Part shown: in pieces, positions 29,616 through 39,446 of the stretch
Layout of the letters: every line of letters begins with the position of its first letter
Numbering within the stretch: position 1 is the stretch's first letter
NCBI GenBank assembly: GCA_036504975.1
Contig: DASXUF010000017.1
Coordinates: 13,561 to 77,560, forward strand
Reading direction: 5' to 3'
DNA: 64,000 bases
Source: Candidatus Binatia bacterium
GTDB lineage: Bacteria > Desulfobacterota > Binatia > UBA9968
Position numbers and translations under genes: made by a program
Notes under the pieces: model-generated
What the model was told of the DNA's origin: nothing
The model's database searches: none
The model's input: only the letters and a program-made list of their open reading frames with translations

Positions 29616-30836
29616 CTACGCTGATTTTTTCTGATCAGAATTCTCGGGTGATTCCGTTCCTGTATCCGGTTTACTATGGTCTCCGGTACGCCGCAGGAGC
29701 GTCAACAGCCGGGAAGATTTTTTGCTAGGCTGTTTTTGCTGTTCCACGAATATCCTCGGTAAGACCACTTTAAACGAGGTGCCCTGTTGAAGCCGGCTTT
29801 CAACGGTGATCGCCCCATGGAGCTGCTCCACGTGTTTCTTTACGATCGCCAAACCCATCCCTATTCCACCCAAGCCATTCGGAGCTTGATATCCCGATTC
29901 CTTGTGCGCCCGAACGAACGGATCGAAAATCGTGTCCAACGCCGCCGGCGCAATCCCGATGCCGGTATCGGTAACTTCAAACGCAACTGAATCCGTGGCC
30001 AGAACATATTGGGCGCGAAAATAAATCGATCCCCGCTCGGTATATTTCAAAGCGTTCCCCAGCAGGTTGCTGAGCACCTCCTTCAAGGTTTCAGGATCGG
30101 TCTGTAATTCTGGAATCTCCGCGCCGAGCGGCCAAGTCATTTCGAGGCCCTTTTGGCGAGCAAGAAAACCGAACGTTTCCTTGAGTTCGCCGACCATCTT
30201 ACCGAGCGCGACAGTTTCAATCCTCGGTTGATGCCTCCCCGCCTCCAAGCGGGAGAAAAGCAAAATCTGATCGATCATATTCTTAAGGTCGCTCGATTGC
30301 TTGGAAATTCTTCCAAGAATGTCTTTGGGCTTGCCTTCGACATCGCCGTAAATGCCGTCTATCAAGCAGTCGACGTATCCTATAATGACGGCCAGCGGCG
30401 TGCGCAGCTCGTGCGATACTTGGGTCAGAAATTCAGCCTTTGTTTTCGCCGTTTGTTCGGCTTTTTCTTTTTCCTGAATCAGCGCCTTCAAGAGCGACGC
30501 CTCGATTTTGTCTTTCGGAGATTTCAAAAGAGAACGGGCTACCAAGCCGATCATGAGGACACCGAAGAACCCCAGCCCGCCGTAAACAATCAGCGTTTGG
30601 TTGTCCTCCAGAACGTTCCACAAAAGGGTCAAGCTGTCGGTTCGAAGCGCAAAAAAGTTTGTCAGCGGTACCCAGAGAATCGACTTCAAGAAATTTTTAA
30701 GCGCGAGCCCGGCGGAGTTGGAACCGTGATCCGTCAAGGAGATCACCAGGCCGCAAATTGTGGTGACCAGAAACAACGGGATCAGAATTGAATTGCGCTT
30801 ACGCACGGCAAATCCTCGATTTTCAGCAAAAAGCAT
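29616..30836 (-). CDS. sensor histidine kinase (membrane-bound, HisKA + HATPase_c)
   Basis: 406 aa. N-terminal TM segments, H-box (VSHELRTPLAVIIGY), N-box (NLLGNALKYT), and G1/G2 boxes (DTGIGI, GLGGIGMGLAIV). Confidence 0.8.
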   Translation of the reverse strand: MLFAENRGFAVRKRNSILIPLFLVTTICGLVISLTDHGSNSAGLALKNFLKSILWVPLTNFFALRTDSLTLLWNVLEDNQTLIVYGGLGFFGVLMIGLVARSLLKSPKDKIEASLLKALIQEKEKAEQTAKTKAEFLTQVSHELRTPLAVIIGYVDCLIDGIYGDVEGKPKDILGRISKQSSDLKNMIDQILLFSRLEAGRHQPRIETVALGKMVGELKETFGFLARQKGLEMTWPLGAEIPELQTDPETLKEVLSNLLGNALKYTERGSIYFRAQYVLATDSVAFEVTDTGIGIAPAALDTIFDPFVRAHKESGYQAPNGLGGIGMGLAIVKKHVEQLHGAITVESRLQQGTSFKVVLPRIFVEQQKQPSKKSSRLLTLLRRTGDHSKPDTGTESPENSDQKKSA

Positions 30837-31145
30837 CAGCGGGGCGCAGTTCTACCCCGGCAGTTTTGGGTAGGACGAGCAAAACACAGGCCAGCCGGAC
30901 AACCATTGATATCCAGAAAGATCGACAGAACACGCTGATTAATTAACTTATGATGCTAGCGGACAAATTCCCCTACCCGTGGCTCGTTCGACGTTCGCCT
31001 AGGGTCCGGAGCCACGGCCGGGCTTCACGAGTCGGCTCAGGGGTTTGTCATTTCTGACATACCTTCTGCCAGGAGTGGCAGAGATCTATGGCAAGGCGCC
31101 GGATCTATCGGATTTAAGCCCCTGCGAAAACAAGCATTTTGACGG

Positions 31146-31161
31146 TGGCATAAAAACTGCT
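31146..31161 (+). promoter_or_regulatory. candidate sigma-54 (-24/-12) promoter upstream of flp
   Basis: TGGCAT-N5-CTGCT matches the sigma-54 consensus TGGCAC-N5-TTGCW, with GG and GC at canonical spacing. It lies 72 nt upstream of the flp ATG. A sigma-54-dependent activator gene closes the locus. Confidence 0.4.
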
Positions 31162-31232
31162 CCCTCGATCGGCCAACGAGTGAAATCCGTATCGAACTAC
31201 ACATTATTCTTTTCGGAAGGAGGTGAAAATAA

Positions 31233-31409
31233 ATGGAGCTTCTAAAGAGGTTTTTTGTTGAAGAGAAAGCGCAGGGCATGACCGAGTACGCTTTGATCCT
31301 CGGCCTCATCGTTCTTGGCGTCTGGGTGGCCGTGTCCGGCTTGGGTCTCGGCGATGCGATCACCGGGATTTTCACCAACGTGACTACAACGGTAACCGGG
31401 TGTTGCTAA
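31233..31409 (+). CDS. flp: Flp-family type IVb pilin (prepilin)
   Basis: 58-codon ORF absent from the ORF track (below 60 aa). MELLKRFFVEEKAQG|MTEYALILGLIVLGVWVAV carries the Flp processing motif G/xxEY followed by a hydrophobic helix. GGAGG RBS 8 nt upstream. Lies immediately 5' of cpaA. Confidence 0.7.
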   Translation: MELLKRFFVEEKAQGMTEYALILGLIVLGVWVAVSGLGLGDAITGIFTNVTTTVTGCC

Positions 31410-31552
31410 TAAATTAGCGAAGCCTTCACACCGCGCCCCACCTCTCTCTCGCAGAGGGGTGGGGTGTGTCCCCCGGGACCATACTCGCCCTGGCGCATAC
31501 TCGGGGATGCAGTGAAAATCGGCATGACCTGCTCGCGGTCACGGATAACAAA

Positions 31553-32035
31553 ATGAATTTATTGCTGAACGAAAGCTTGATCTTTAATTTTTTCGTTCTG
31601 CTGTTTACCGGGTCTTCAATGAGCTTTGATGTGACACAGAGACGAATTCCCAACTGGCTGAACCTCGCCGGAATCGGGGGTGGAATGGTGCTCAATCTTT
31701 GGAAGGGAGCGCCGCAGTTTTTTGACAGCCTTTTGGGCTGCGGCGCGGGAGTGGGGATTCTCTTGATCCCCTTCGCGTTCGGCTGGCTCGGCGCCGGCGA
31801 CGTAAAATTCTTTGGAGCCGTAGGAGCCATCTTCGGGCTGAGCTGGATCCCACGGCTCTTCTTCTACTCTTCTGTCCTTGGCTTGGCATCGGCATTGATC
31901 TCATGCGCCGCGACCCGAGGAATCGTGAAGCAACTTTTTAAGGGGACGCTTACGATACCTTATGGCGTCTCCATCGGATTGGGAGCGTTGATCGCATTTT
32001 ATCTGGACTCGCAGGGAAAGTGGGCCGGCTTCTAA
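31553..32035 (+). CDS. cpaA: A24-family prepilin peptidase CpaA/TadV
   Basis: Start at internal ATG (MNLLLNE...). Polytopic membrane protein with conserved Asp motifs (DVTQRRIPN; GAGDVKFFGAVG). Confidence 0.75.
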   Translation: MNLLLNESLIFNFFVLLFTGSSMSFDVTQRRIPNWLNLAGIGGGMVLNLWKGAPQFFDSLLGCGAGVGILLIPFAFGWLGAGDVKFFGAVGAIFGLSWIPRLFFYSSVLGLASALISCAATRGIVKQLFKGTLTIPYGVSIGLGALIAFYLDSQGKWAGF

Positions 32036-32048
32036 AGGAGGGCGTCGT

Positions 32049-32870
32049 ATGAATCAGAGACTCAAAATCGCCGTCATTGCCGCCGTGGTCTTCGGCTTTA
32101 TCGCCGCTTACGGCACGTACAACTTTTTACGCCAACAGAAGGCGGCTACGGAAGCCATGAAAAAAGCGTCCCAGAACGTGGTGGTTGCCGCCAAGGACGT
32201 GCCCGCCGGGACGACCATCGACGAAAAGGCGATTAAAGGGGGGATGCTGAAGGAGGTCGCGTGGCCGAAGGCTTCCGTGCCCGCCGGTTCTTTCGTATCG
32301 ACGCAACAACTCGTCGGCAAGATCGTCAAGGTCAAGACCGTGGCCGGCGAGCCGATTCTCCAATCAAGAATCTCCGGCGAGGGCATGGGGCTCACGGTTC
32401 GCCTGAGCGCCGGCTATCGGGCGATGTCGGTCAAAGTCGATGAGATCATCGGCGTGAGCGGTTTCATCTCTCCGGACGATCGGGTGGACGTGATCGCCAC
32501 CGTCGCCGCGCCGGGGAAAAATTCTCATGAAGAGAAAATGTCCAAGATCGTTTTGCAAGATAAGCGGGTGCTTTCCGTGGCCCAAAACGTGGAACAAAAA
32601 GAAGGCAAGGCCCAGGTCGCCCGTTCCATTACATTGGAAGTGACTCCCGACGAGGCGGAGAGGCTTTCGTTGGTCCAGCTCGAAGGTCAAACCATTCTCG
32701 CGCTTCGCGCCGTCGGAGACGAAAAATTGGTCCAGACGCGGGGAAGCACGACGCGGGACCTTCTTGCCGTAAGCGCTGCTCCTAAGAATGGAAATGTATC
32801 GGCTGTCGCACCGGCAAAACATCGAGTCGAGCTGTATTTAGGAACTAAAAAATCGGTGGCGGAATTCTAG
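32049..32870 (+). CDS. cpaB: Flp pilus assembly protein CpaB/RcpC (SAF domain)
   Basis: 273 aa. N-terminal TM anchor followed by SAF-like and beta-rich domains. Canonical position between the prepilin peptidase and the secretin. Confidence 0.8.
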   Translation: MNQRLKIAVIAAVVFGFIAAYGTYNFLRQQKAATEAMKKASQNVVVAAKDVPAGTTIDEKAIKGGMLKEVAWPKASVPAGSFVSTQQLVGKIVKVKTVAGEPILQSRISGEGMGLTVRLSAGYRAMSVKVDEIIGVSGFISPDDRVDVIATVAAPGKNSHEEKMSKIVLQDKRVLSVAQNVEQKEGKAQVARSITLEVTPDEAERLSLVQLEGQTILALRAVGDEKLVQTRGSTTRDLLAVSAAPKNGNVSAVAPAKHRVELYLGTKKSVAEF

Positions 32871-32882
32871 GAGGGAAAAAAC

Positions 32883-34418
32883 GTGAGGTCTCATTTTTGT
32901 TTATCGACAGTCGCAGCCAAACGGTGGAGCGTCCGCCTGCTGATTTTTGCCGGCCTGTTGCTCGTTCAAGCAAGCGCCGCGGCCCAGGATGGCCCTCCCT
33001 CCATTACCGTGACCGTCAACAAGTCTTTGATCCACCGCCTGGACCAAAAGGCCACGAGGGTTTCCGTAACCCAGCCGGAGATCGCCGACGTATCCGTCGT
33101 GGCTCCGGATCAAATTCTCATCAACGGAAAATCGGTCGGCGCGACTTCACTGGTGGTTTGGAACCAGCAGGGAACCGCCACCAACTTCGACCTTCTGGTG
33201 GTGGCCGACGTCGGCGCGTTGCAGAGGCAGCTCAAGATTATTTTCCCCGATGAGAACATCCGGGCTTCGACCTCCGGACCTGCGATCGTGCTCCGGGGCG
33301 AAGTATCGAATGAAGTGATTTACGACAAGGTCTTGGAAATCGCCCAGACCTATCTCCCACCGGCGCCGGCCAAGGAAGTCGCTCCGATGCCAAGCCAGAC
33401 TGTCTCGGTCAGCACGCCGGCGATTCGCCTGCCGCAGACGGGTACGGCTTTTGCCGGCGGCGGACAACTCGCCTTTACCGAGGAATCGTCCCTGACCGAC
33501 GTCGGCCGATGGGGCAACAGAAGAGCCATACAAGGGATCGTCGATCTCCTAGTGATACGCGAGGTGCAGGAAATTCAGTTGGACGTCATCGTCGCCGAAG
33601 TTTCGCTGACCAAGCTTAGAGAGCTGGGTTTAGACTTCCAGGGCGTCTTCAACAACCAGACAGCGGTCCTCAGCAGGAGCGGAACCCAGACCGGTTTTCC
33701 GTCAGGCAGTCTCATCGGCGACACCGGCACTTTCCCGCCGACGACCACGATTGGCGGGGGCGCTTCCGCCGCAATGGCTTATTTTGGAAAGAGATACCAA
33801 GTCGCGAATGTTTTTCGCTTGTTTCAGAATCGCGATGTAACGCAAATTCTCGCGCAGCCCAGGCTGGTGATGAAAAATGGGCGCTCGGGAGGTTTTCTGG
33901 CCGGAGGAGAGTTTCCGATTCCCATCGCGACTCGCGATCAAGTCACCGTGGAATTCAAACCATTCGGAGTGCGACTGGACTTTGTCCCCACCATCACATG
34001 GTCCAAGACCATCGACCTCAGAGTTTTTCCGGAGGTCAGCGAAATCGATCAATCGGTGTCGGTCTCGGTATCAGGCATTGCCGTACCCGGATTGAAGGTC
34101 CGCAGGACCGTGAACCGCGTGGAGATGCATGAGGGTGAGTCCCTGGTGATCGGCGGCTTGTTCGACCGCAAGACCCTTAGAGACCTTACCAAGATCCCGT
34201 TCCTGGGCGACATCCCGATCCTGGGGACGCTCTTTCGCAGCACGCGCTTTAGAGATCAGGAAACCGAGCTGATTTTCGTGATTACACCGAAGATCGTGAA
34301 GCCGTTGAAAGCCGGGGAGAAGCCGGAAATTCCGTCGGTTGAAAAGTATGACGACCCGGATATGCGCCAGGTCCCGCTGTTCGGTGATCCGGCGCCTACG
34401 CCTCAGGAACAGCCATGA
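32883..34418 (+). CDS. cpaC: Tad secretin CpaC/RcpA (BON + secretin domains)
   Basis: 511 aa, GTG start with a GGAGGGA RBS. Signal peptide, N-terminal BON-like region, C-terminal secretin core (VNRVEMHEGESLVIGGL...IPFLGDIPILGTLFRS). Confidence 0.8.
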   Translation: MRSHFCLSTVAAKRWSVRLLIFAGLLLVQASAAAQDGPPSITVTVNKSLIHRLDQKATRVSVTQPEIADVSVVAPDQILINGKSVGATSLVVWNQQGTATNFDLLVVADVGALQRQLKIIFPDENIRASTSGPAIVLRGEVSNEVIYDKVLEIAQTYLPPAPAKEVAPMPSQTVSVSTPAIRLPQTGTAFAGGGQLAFTEESSLTDVGRWGNRRAIQGIVDLLVIREVQEIQLDVIVAEVSLTKLRELGLDFQGVFNNQTAVLSRSGTQTGFPSGSLIGDTGTFPPTTTIGGGASAAMAYFGKRYQVANVFRLFQNRDVTQILAQPRLVMKNGRSGGFLAGGEFPIPIATRDQVTVEFKPFGVRLDFVPTITWSKTIDLRVFPEVSEIDQSVSVSVSGIAVPGLKVRRTVNRVEMHEGESLVIGGLFDRKTLRDLTKIPFLGDIPILGTLFRSTRFRDQETELIFVITPKIVKPLKAGEKPEIPSVEKYDDPDMRQVPLFGDPAPTPQEQP

Positions 34419-34498
34419 TCAACTCATAAGGAGGAGGTCACACCCATAGCGGGGAGGGTCTGAAAGAGACCAAAAAGTTACGGGGCAAAAATCATATT

Positions 34499-35734
34499 AT
34501 GAAGATACCCGTCGTATTGATAGGACAAGATAATCTCTCACTGGCCTCCTTGCGCCAGCAGATTGAAAAGGAACGCGACTTTATCGTCAGCGATAAAATC
34601 CGCGGCTTTGACGATGCCTTCGAGAGCCTCAGAACGAAGACCGGTCCGGGCATAGCCATTTTTGATCTGAGCCGCGAACCGGCCAAGGCATTGACGCTGG
34701 CGCAGGAAGTCAAGCTCAAGCTCCCTCAAGTTCGTCTGGTGGTGACTGCCGGAAATAAAGATCCGGAAATCATCCTGGAAGCGATGCGCTCCGGAGCTGA
34801 AGAGTTTTTGTCTCAGCCGTTCCACTGGCCGACCGTGTTGCAGTCTATGGGGCGGATCCGAGCGAAGATCGATCTTCAAGCGCCGAAAGGCTCCCAGCAC
34901 GGCGAGATCATCACCGTGTTTTCCAATAAGGGGGGCGTCGGAACCACCACGATAGCGACCAATCTTGCCGTGGCTTTGGCGGCGAATCATCAAAAGTCGG
35001 TTTGCATCGTCGATCTTGTTTTGCAATTCGGCTCGGTGACGAGTTTTCTGAATCTCGAGGCCTACTACACCATTCTCGATCTGGTAAAAAACTTAAAGCA
35101 AATGGATCATATGTTGCTGGAAGGCTCTCTGGTCCAGCACGGCTCGGGCGTGAGGGTCCTCTCCGAGCCTTTCCGCGCCGAGGACGCCAATTCGATCAAG
35201 GCCGGCGACGTCGAGCATATACTCGCCGCTCTGGAGCAGTCCTTCGATTACGTGATCGTGGACACCCCGAAGGATTTCGACGACACGGTTTCGGTCGCCC
35301 TCGACCAATCGCACCAAATTCTCTTTGTCAGTGAAATGGATATCCCGTCCTTAAAAAGCAGCCGTAGAGCGTTGGAGCTCTTCGACCGGCTCGGCGGTTA
35401 TGATTCGAAGATCCGGTTGATCTTAAACCGATATATAAAAAGTAAAATCATGACCGTGGAGGCCGTTGAACAGGCTTTGGGGATAAAGGTCTGCTGGACG
35501 CTGCCCAACGATTACCCCACGGTCATCGGAGCGGTTAACCAGGGGATCTCGATTCTGGAGAACGATCCGAAGTCTGAGATCGCCAAAGCTTATCGGGCCT
35601 TGGCCGACCGCATCACCGACGGCCTCTGGCTTTCCCAGGGCGCGACGCAGGAAGAAGAAAAAAAAGGCGGAATACTGGGCCAATGGATTCCCGCTCTGGG
35701 ACGGAATCTCGCGAAGGTGAGGAAAGAGGCATAA
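34499..35734 (+). CDS. cpaE: CpaE/TadZ (receiver-like N-domain + MinD/ParA-type ATPase)
   Basis: 411 aa. Deviant Walker A (FSNKGGVGTTTIATNLAVALA). The N-terminal 120 aa are receiver-like. Confidence 0.8.
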   Translation: MKIPVVLIGQDNLSLASLRQQIEKERDFIVSDKIRGFDDAFESLRTKTGPGIAIFDLSREPAKALTLAQEVKLKLPQVRLVVTAGNKDPEIILEAMRSGAEEFLSQPFHWPTVLQSMGRIRAKIDLQAPKGSQHGEIITVFSNKGGVGTTTIATNLAVALAANHQKSVCIVDLVLQFGSVTSFLNLEAYYTILDLVKNLKQMDHMLLEGSLVQHGSGVRVLSEPFRAEDANSIKAGDVEHILAALEQSFDYVIVDTPKDFDDTVSVALDQSHQILFVSEMDIPSLKSSRRALELFDRLGGYDSKIRLILNRYIKSKIMTVEAVEQALGIKVCWTLPNDYPTVIGAVNQGISILENDPKSEIAKAYRALADRITDGLWLSQGATQEEEKKGGILGQWIPALGRNLAKVRKEA

Positions 35735-35740
35735 GAACCG

Positions 35741-37117
35741 ATGCGCCCTTCTGAAATCAATTTGAGCCGTAACGAAATTTCCCAGCTTGAGGGCAAACGT
35801 TTCTCTACGTCCGGGCACGGGGCGGTGAATGAGCAATTCTTTCAGGATTTAAAACTCCGCATCCACCGCAAGCTGATCGACACCCTCGACCTGTCGAAAC
35901 TCTCCAGCTTAGAGGTGGAGATGGTGAAGGTGGAGATCCGCCGCATCCTCGAGGAAATGGTGATGGCGGAGTCGCTGCCGCTCAGCCGCGCCGACCGCGA
36001 CCGGCTCGTGACCGAAGTTCAGCACGAGGCCTTCGGCCTGGGGCCGCTCGAATCTTTGATGAAAGATCCCGAGATCACCGACATCCTCGTCAACAATCAC
36101 CGGCTGGTTTACGTCGAACGACACGGCAAACTGGAAAAGGCCAACGTCAGCTTCCGCGACGACGCGCATTTGATGCAAATCATCGACCGGATCGTCTCGC
36201 GGGTGGGCCGCCGGATCGACGAGTCGTCTCCCATGGTCGATGCGCGCCTTCCCGACGGATCGCGAGTGAACGCGATCATTCCTCCGCTCGCGCTGGACGG
36301 CCCCATACTCTCCATCCGGCGCTTCGGCGCCGATCCGCTGACCATGAAAAATCTTATCGAGTCCGACTCGGTGCCCGAGCAGGTGGCCGAAGTCCTGGCG
36401 GCCTGCGTCAAATCGCGCCTCAACATTCTCGTCTCCGGCGGAACCGGCGCGGGCAAAACGACGCTCCTCAACTGCCTTTCCAACTTTATTCCCGAGACGG
36501 AGCGGATCGTCACCATCGAGGATTCCGCCGAGCTGAAACTCCAGCAGGAGCACGTGGTCCGTCTCGAAACCCGTCCGCCGAACATCGAAGACAAAGGAAT
36601 GGTGACGCAGAGAGATCTGGTCAGGAACGCGCTTCGTATGCGGCCGGACCGGATCGTTTTGGGCGAGGTGAGAGGCGGCGAGGCGCTCGACATGATTCAG
36701 GCGATGAATACGGGACACGACGGCTCCATCAGCACGGTCCATGCGAACACCGCCCGGGACGCGATCGCGCGGCTGGAAACGATGATGCTGATGTCGGGCG
36801 TCCGTCTTCCCGAAAGGGCCTTGCGGGAACAAATCGCCTCGGCCCTGGACGTGATCGTGCAATTGTCGCGCCTGAGCGACGGCAGCCGCAAGCTGATCGA
36901 GGTCTGCGAAGTCACGGGCATGGAAGGAGACATCATCACCACGCAGCAGATCTTTCAATATCGGCAGAAGGGCATTGAGGCCGGCAAAGTGATCGGGGAG
37001 TTTGCCGCAACCGGAGTCCTGCCAAGTTTCCTGGATCGCCTGGAGAGCCACGGACACAAGATTCCCAACAGCTATTTCCTTCCCGTCGTGCAATCCGCGA
37101 AGAAGAGGGCGATATGA
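35741..37117 (+). CDS. cpaF: CpaF/TadA secretion ATPase
   Basis: 458 aa. Walker A ([12 protein letters not shown]), Asp box, Walker B and His box ([12 protein letters not shown]) of the type II/IV secretion ATPase family. Confidence 0.9.
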   Translation: MRPSEINLSRNEISQLEGKRFSTSGHGAVNEQFFQDLKLRIHRKLIDTLDLSKLSSLEVEMVKVEIRRILEEMVMAESLPLSRADRDRLVTEVQHEAFGLGPLESLMKDPEITDILVNNHRLVYVERHGKLEKANVSFRDDAHLMQIIDRIVSRVGRRIDESSPMVDARLPDGSRVNAIIPPLALDGPILSIRRFGADPLTMKNLIESDSVPEQVAEVLAACVKSRLNILVSGGTGAGKTTLLNCLSNFIPETERIVTIEDSAELKLQQEHVVRLETRPPNIEDKGMVTQRDLVRNALRMRPDRIVLGEVRGGEALDMIQAMNTGHDGSISTVHANTARDAIARLETMMLMSGVRLPERALREQIASALDVIVQLSRLSDGSRKLIEVCEVTGMEGDIITTQQIFQYRQKGIEAGKVIGEFAATGVLPSFLDRLESHGHKIPNSYFLPVVQSAKKRAI

Positions 37118-38088
37118 GTTTGCTCATTATCGTCGTGTTCGCTTTCTTGGCCGCGGCGAGCCTGATCATCATGGCCCTTTTTCTGGCCACCGCCATCCAG
37201 ACTTCGCCGCAAGCCCGCATCCGGAAAAGACTCGATGCCATCCTGAGCCGTCCGAATGCCTCGCAGGCGGAAGTGCGCGCCCTGCTCAAGGAATCGTCCT
37301 TCAGCGAAATCCCATGGCTGAACAACGCCTTGGATCGACTGGACTTCGTCCGCAGCATCACTCTCCTCTTGGAGCGGGCGAATCTGGATGTCAGCCCGGC
37401 GCTGTTTTTACTGTTCTCGTCCTTCACAGGAGCGATCACCTTGGCTTTCCTGACGCTGTTCGACTGGAGCTTTAGTATCGCTCTGATCGCCGGTATCGGC
37501 GCTTCCGCTCTTCCTTACCTGTACGCCCGGCAGCTTGGCCGAAGAAGGCTCAGGCGCTTTTTGGAGCAGATGCCCGACGCTCTGGACCTGATCGGCCAAG
37601 GCTTGCAGGCCGGCTTGGGATTGACCCAGTCGATGGTGTTCGTCGCCAAGGAAATGCCCGACCCCATCGGGACGGAATTTTCGGTCTTCATGGAAGAAAT
37701 AAACCTGGGGCTTCCGCTCGCAGACGCCTTGAAGGGACTGCAGGAAAAGATACCGCTCCAGGAAGTGCGCCTTCTGACCATTGCCATGGGCGTGCAGAGA
37801 GAAATCGGCGGCAGCCTGGCGGAGATGCTCAAAAACCTGGCGGACGTCGTGCGCGATCGGTTCAGGATCGAAAGGCAGATCAAAAGCCTAACGGCCCAAA
37901 ACCGCATGAGCGCTTGGGTTGTTTCCTCGCTGCCGCCGGTCTTGGCCGCTTTTATGTTCTCCATGGACGCGAAATTGATGAACGAAACTTTTAACAATCC
38001 CATGGGGCGGACGATGTTGCTGCTCGCGTTGAGTTTCGAAGTCGTCGGAATTTTCGTCTTCCGCAAGATTATTCAGGTGCGCATCTAG
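37114..38088 (+). CDS. tadB: TadB (T2SS-F-like inner-membrane platform protein)
   Basis: 324 aa polytopic protein overlapping cpaF by 4 nt (ATGA). GspF-like region ([21 protein letters not shown]). Confidence 0.8.
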   Translation: MSLLIIVVFAFLAAASLIIMALFLATAIQTSPQARIRKRLDAILSRPNASQAEVRALLKESSFSEIPWLNNALDRLDFVRSITLLLERANLDVSPALFLLFSSFTGAITLAFLTLFDWSFSIALIAGIGASALPYLYARQLGRRRLRRFLEQMPDALDLIGQGLQAGLGLTQSMVFVAKEMPDPIGTEFSVFMEEINLGLPLADALKGLQEKIPLQEVRLLTIAMGVQREIGGSLAEMLKNLADVVRDRFRIERQIKSLTAQNRMSAWVVSSLPPVLAAFMFSMDAKLMNETFNNPMGRTMLLLALSFEVVGIFVFRKIIQVRI

Positions 38089-38102
38089 CGGGCGGCGGAT
38101 TT

Positions 38103-39038
38103 ATGGAATTGCTTTTGGCCATCGGCATATTCGGTCTCGTCGGAAGTTTTTTATATATATTCCTGGCGCCAAAGCCGGCGGCCCAACATGAAATCATCCA
38201 GCAGCGCATCGGCGCAATCGCAGCCGTTCAGACAAAAGCGCCCTCTTCGGTCCGGGTATCAGACACCCAGGAACAAACGATCTGGGAACGGATTGGGAAT
38301 TTCTTTCTTGGCGAGAAAGAGCTGCCGGCGAAGTATGACAAGTCGCGCCGGCTTCTCTATCGGGCCGGCTATCCGTGGGAGCGGGCCGTGCGCATCTTCT
38401 GGGGCGTGCGCATCTTCCTGGCCGCGTTTTTCGGGCTGATCTCGATCGGCTTGGCTTTCGTATCTCTCACCCCCTTGCCCAAGATGGTTTTGCTGGTCGC
38501 CGCATTCGCCGCGGCGGGATACTTCCTGCCTCAACTCGCTCTCCAACGCAAAGCCAAGGCGCGCACGTTGGCCATACGCGATTCCCTGCCCGACACTTTG
38601 GATCTCCTTGTCATCTGCGTCGAGGCCGGCCTGGCCATGGACGCCGCCTTGGTTCGTGTAGCGAAAGAACAGGCGGAGCAAGGATTGATCATCGGCGAGG
38701 AGTTCCAGTTGATGACCCGGGAGATCCATGCCGGCATGGCGCGACGGGAGGCCCTTTCCCGGCTGGCCGAGCGGACCGACCTCGATGAGCTGAGAGGCCT
38801 GCTGACTTTCCTGAACCAAACGGAAGAGCTGGGCGGAAGCGTCGGCCGCTCGCTCAGAGTCTACGCGAGCACGATGCGCGACAAGCGCAGCCACAAGGCG
38901 GAAGAGGCGGCCAGGAAGGCGGTCATCAAGCTCGTCTTTCCAATCGCTCTTTTTGTCCTGCCCGCGCTGTTCTTGGTTATCTTCTCGCCGATTGTCATCA
39001 GCATCGCCAAGCTGCTTGTCAGCACCGGGAGTCACTAA
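38103..39038 (+). CDS. tadC: TadC (T2SS-F-like inner-membrane platform protein)
   Basis: 311 aa, second GspF-like paralog (LPDTLDLLVICVEAGLAMDAAL). Confidence 0.8.
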   Translation: MELLLAIGIFGLVGSFLYIFLAPKPAAQHEIIQQRIGAIAAVQTKAPSSVRVSDTQEQTIWERIGNFFLGEKELPAKYDKSRRLLYRAGYPWERAVRIFWGVRIFLAAFFGLISIGLAFVSLTPLPKMVLLVAAFAAAGYFLPQLALQRKAKARTLAIRDSLPDTLDLLVICVEAGLAMDAALVRVAKEQAEQGLIIGEEFQLMTREIHAGMARREALSRLAERTDLDELRGLLTFLNQTEELGGSVGRSLRVYASTMRDKRSHKAEEAARKAVIKLVFPIALFVLPALFLVIFSPIVISIAKLLVSTGSH

Positions 39039-39039
39039 C

Positions 39040-39438
39040 ATGCCGATCATTAACCTCGACAAGAACACGTGGCTCGCGACCAAAGTCAGAAAAGCCGACA
39101 GCTTTTTAACCCGGCTGGTGGGACTGATCAAAAGAAATAAGCTTGGCCCCGAAGAGGCGCTCTGGCTGATCCCCAGCAAAGGGGTTCACACCGTCGGGAT
39201 GAAGTTCCCTATCGACGTCATCTTCCTGGATAAGAACTATAAAGTCGTGGACGTAGTTCCGGCCATGGTTCCCTATCGCGCCACCAAGATTCATCTGACG
39301 GCTTACAGTGCCTTGGAGTTGCCCAAAGGCGCGATCGGAAAATCTCGCACCGAACCGGGAGACCGGCTGGACATATCGCAGGCGGAATCCTCGGCGGTCG
39401 ATGATTTGAGAGAGACCCAACTGAACGAAGTCGGGTAA
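39040..39438 (+). CDS. DUF192-family protein embedded in the Tad locus
   Basis: Start at ATG 39040, 1 nt after the tadC stop (MPIINLDKN...). The central block (LWLIPSKGVHTVGMKFPIDVIFLDKNYKVVD...LELPKG) matches the DUF192/COG1430 signature. Confidence 0.5.
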   Translation: MPIINLDKNTWLATKVRKADSFLTRLVGLIKRNKLGPEEALWLIPSKGVHTVGMKFPIDVIFLDKNYKVVDVVPAMVPYRATKIHLTAYSALELPKGAIGKSRTEPGDRLDISQAESSAVDDLRETQLNEVG

Positions 39439-39446
39439 ACGAAATC

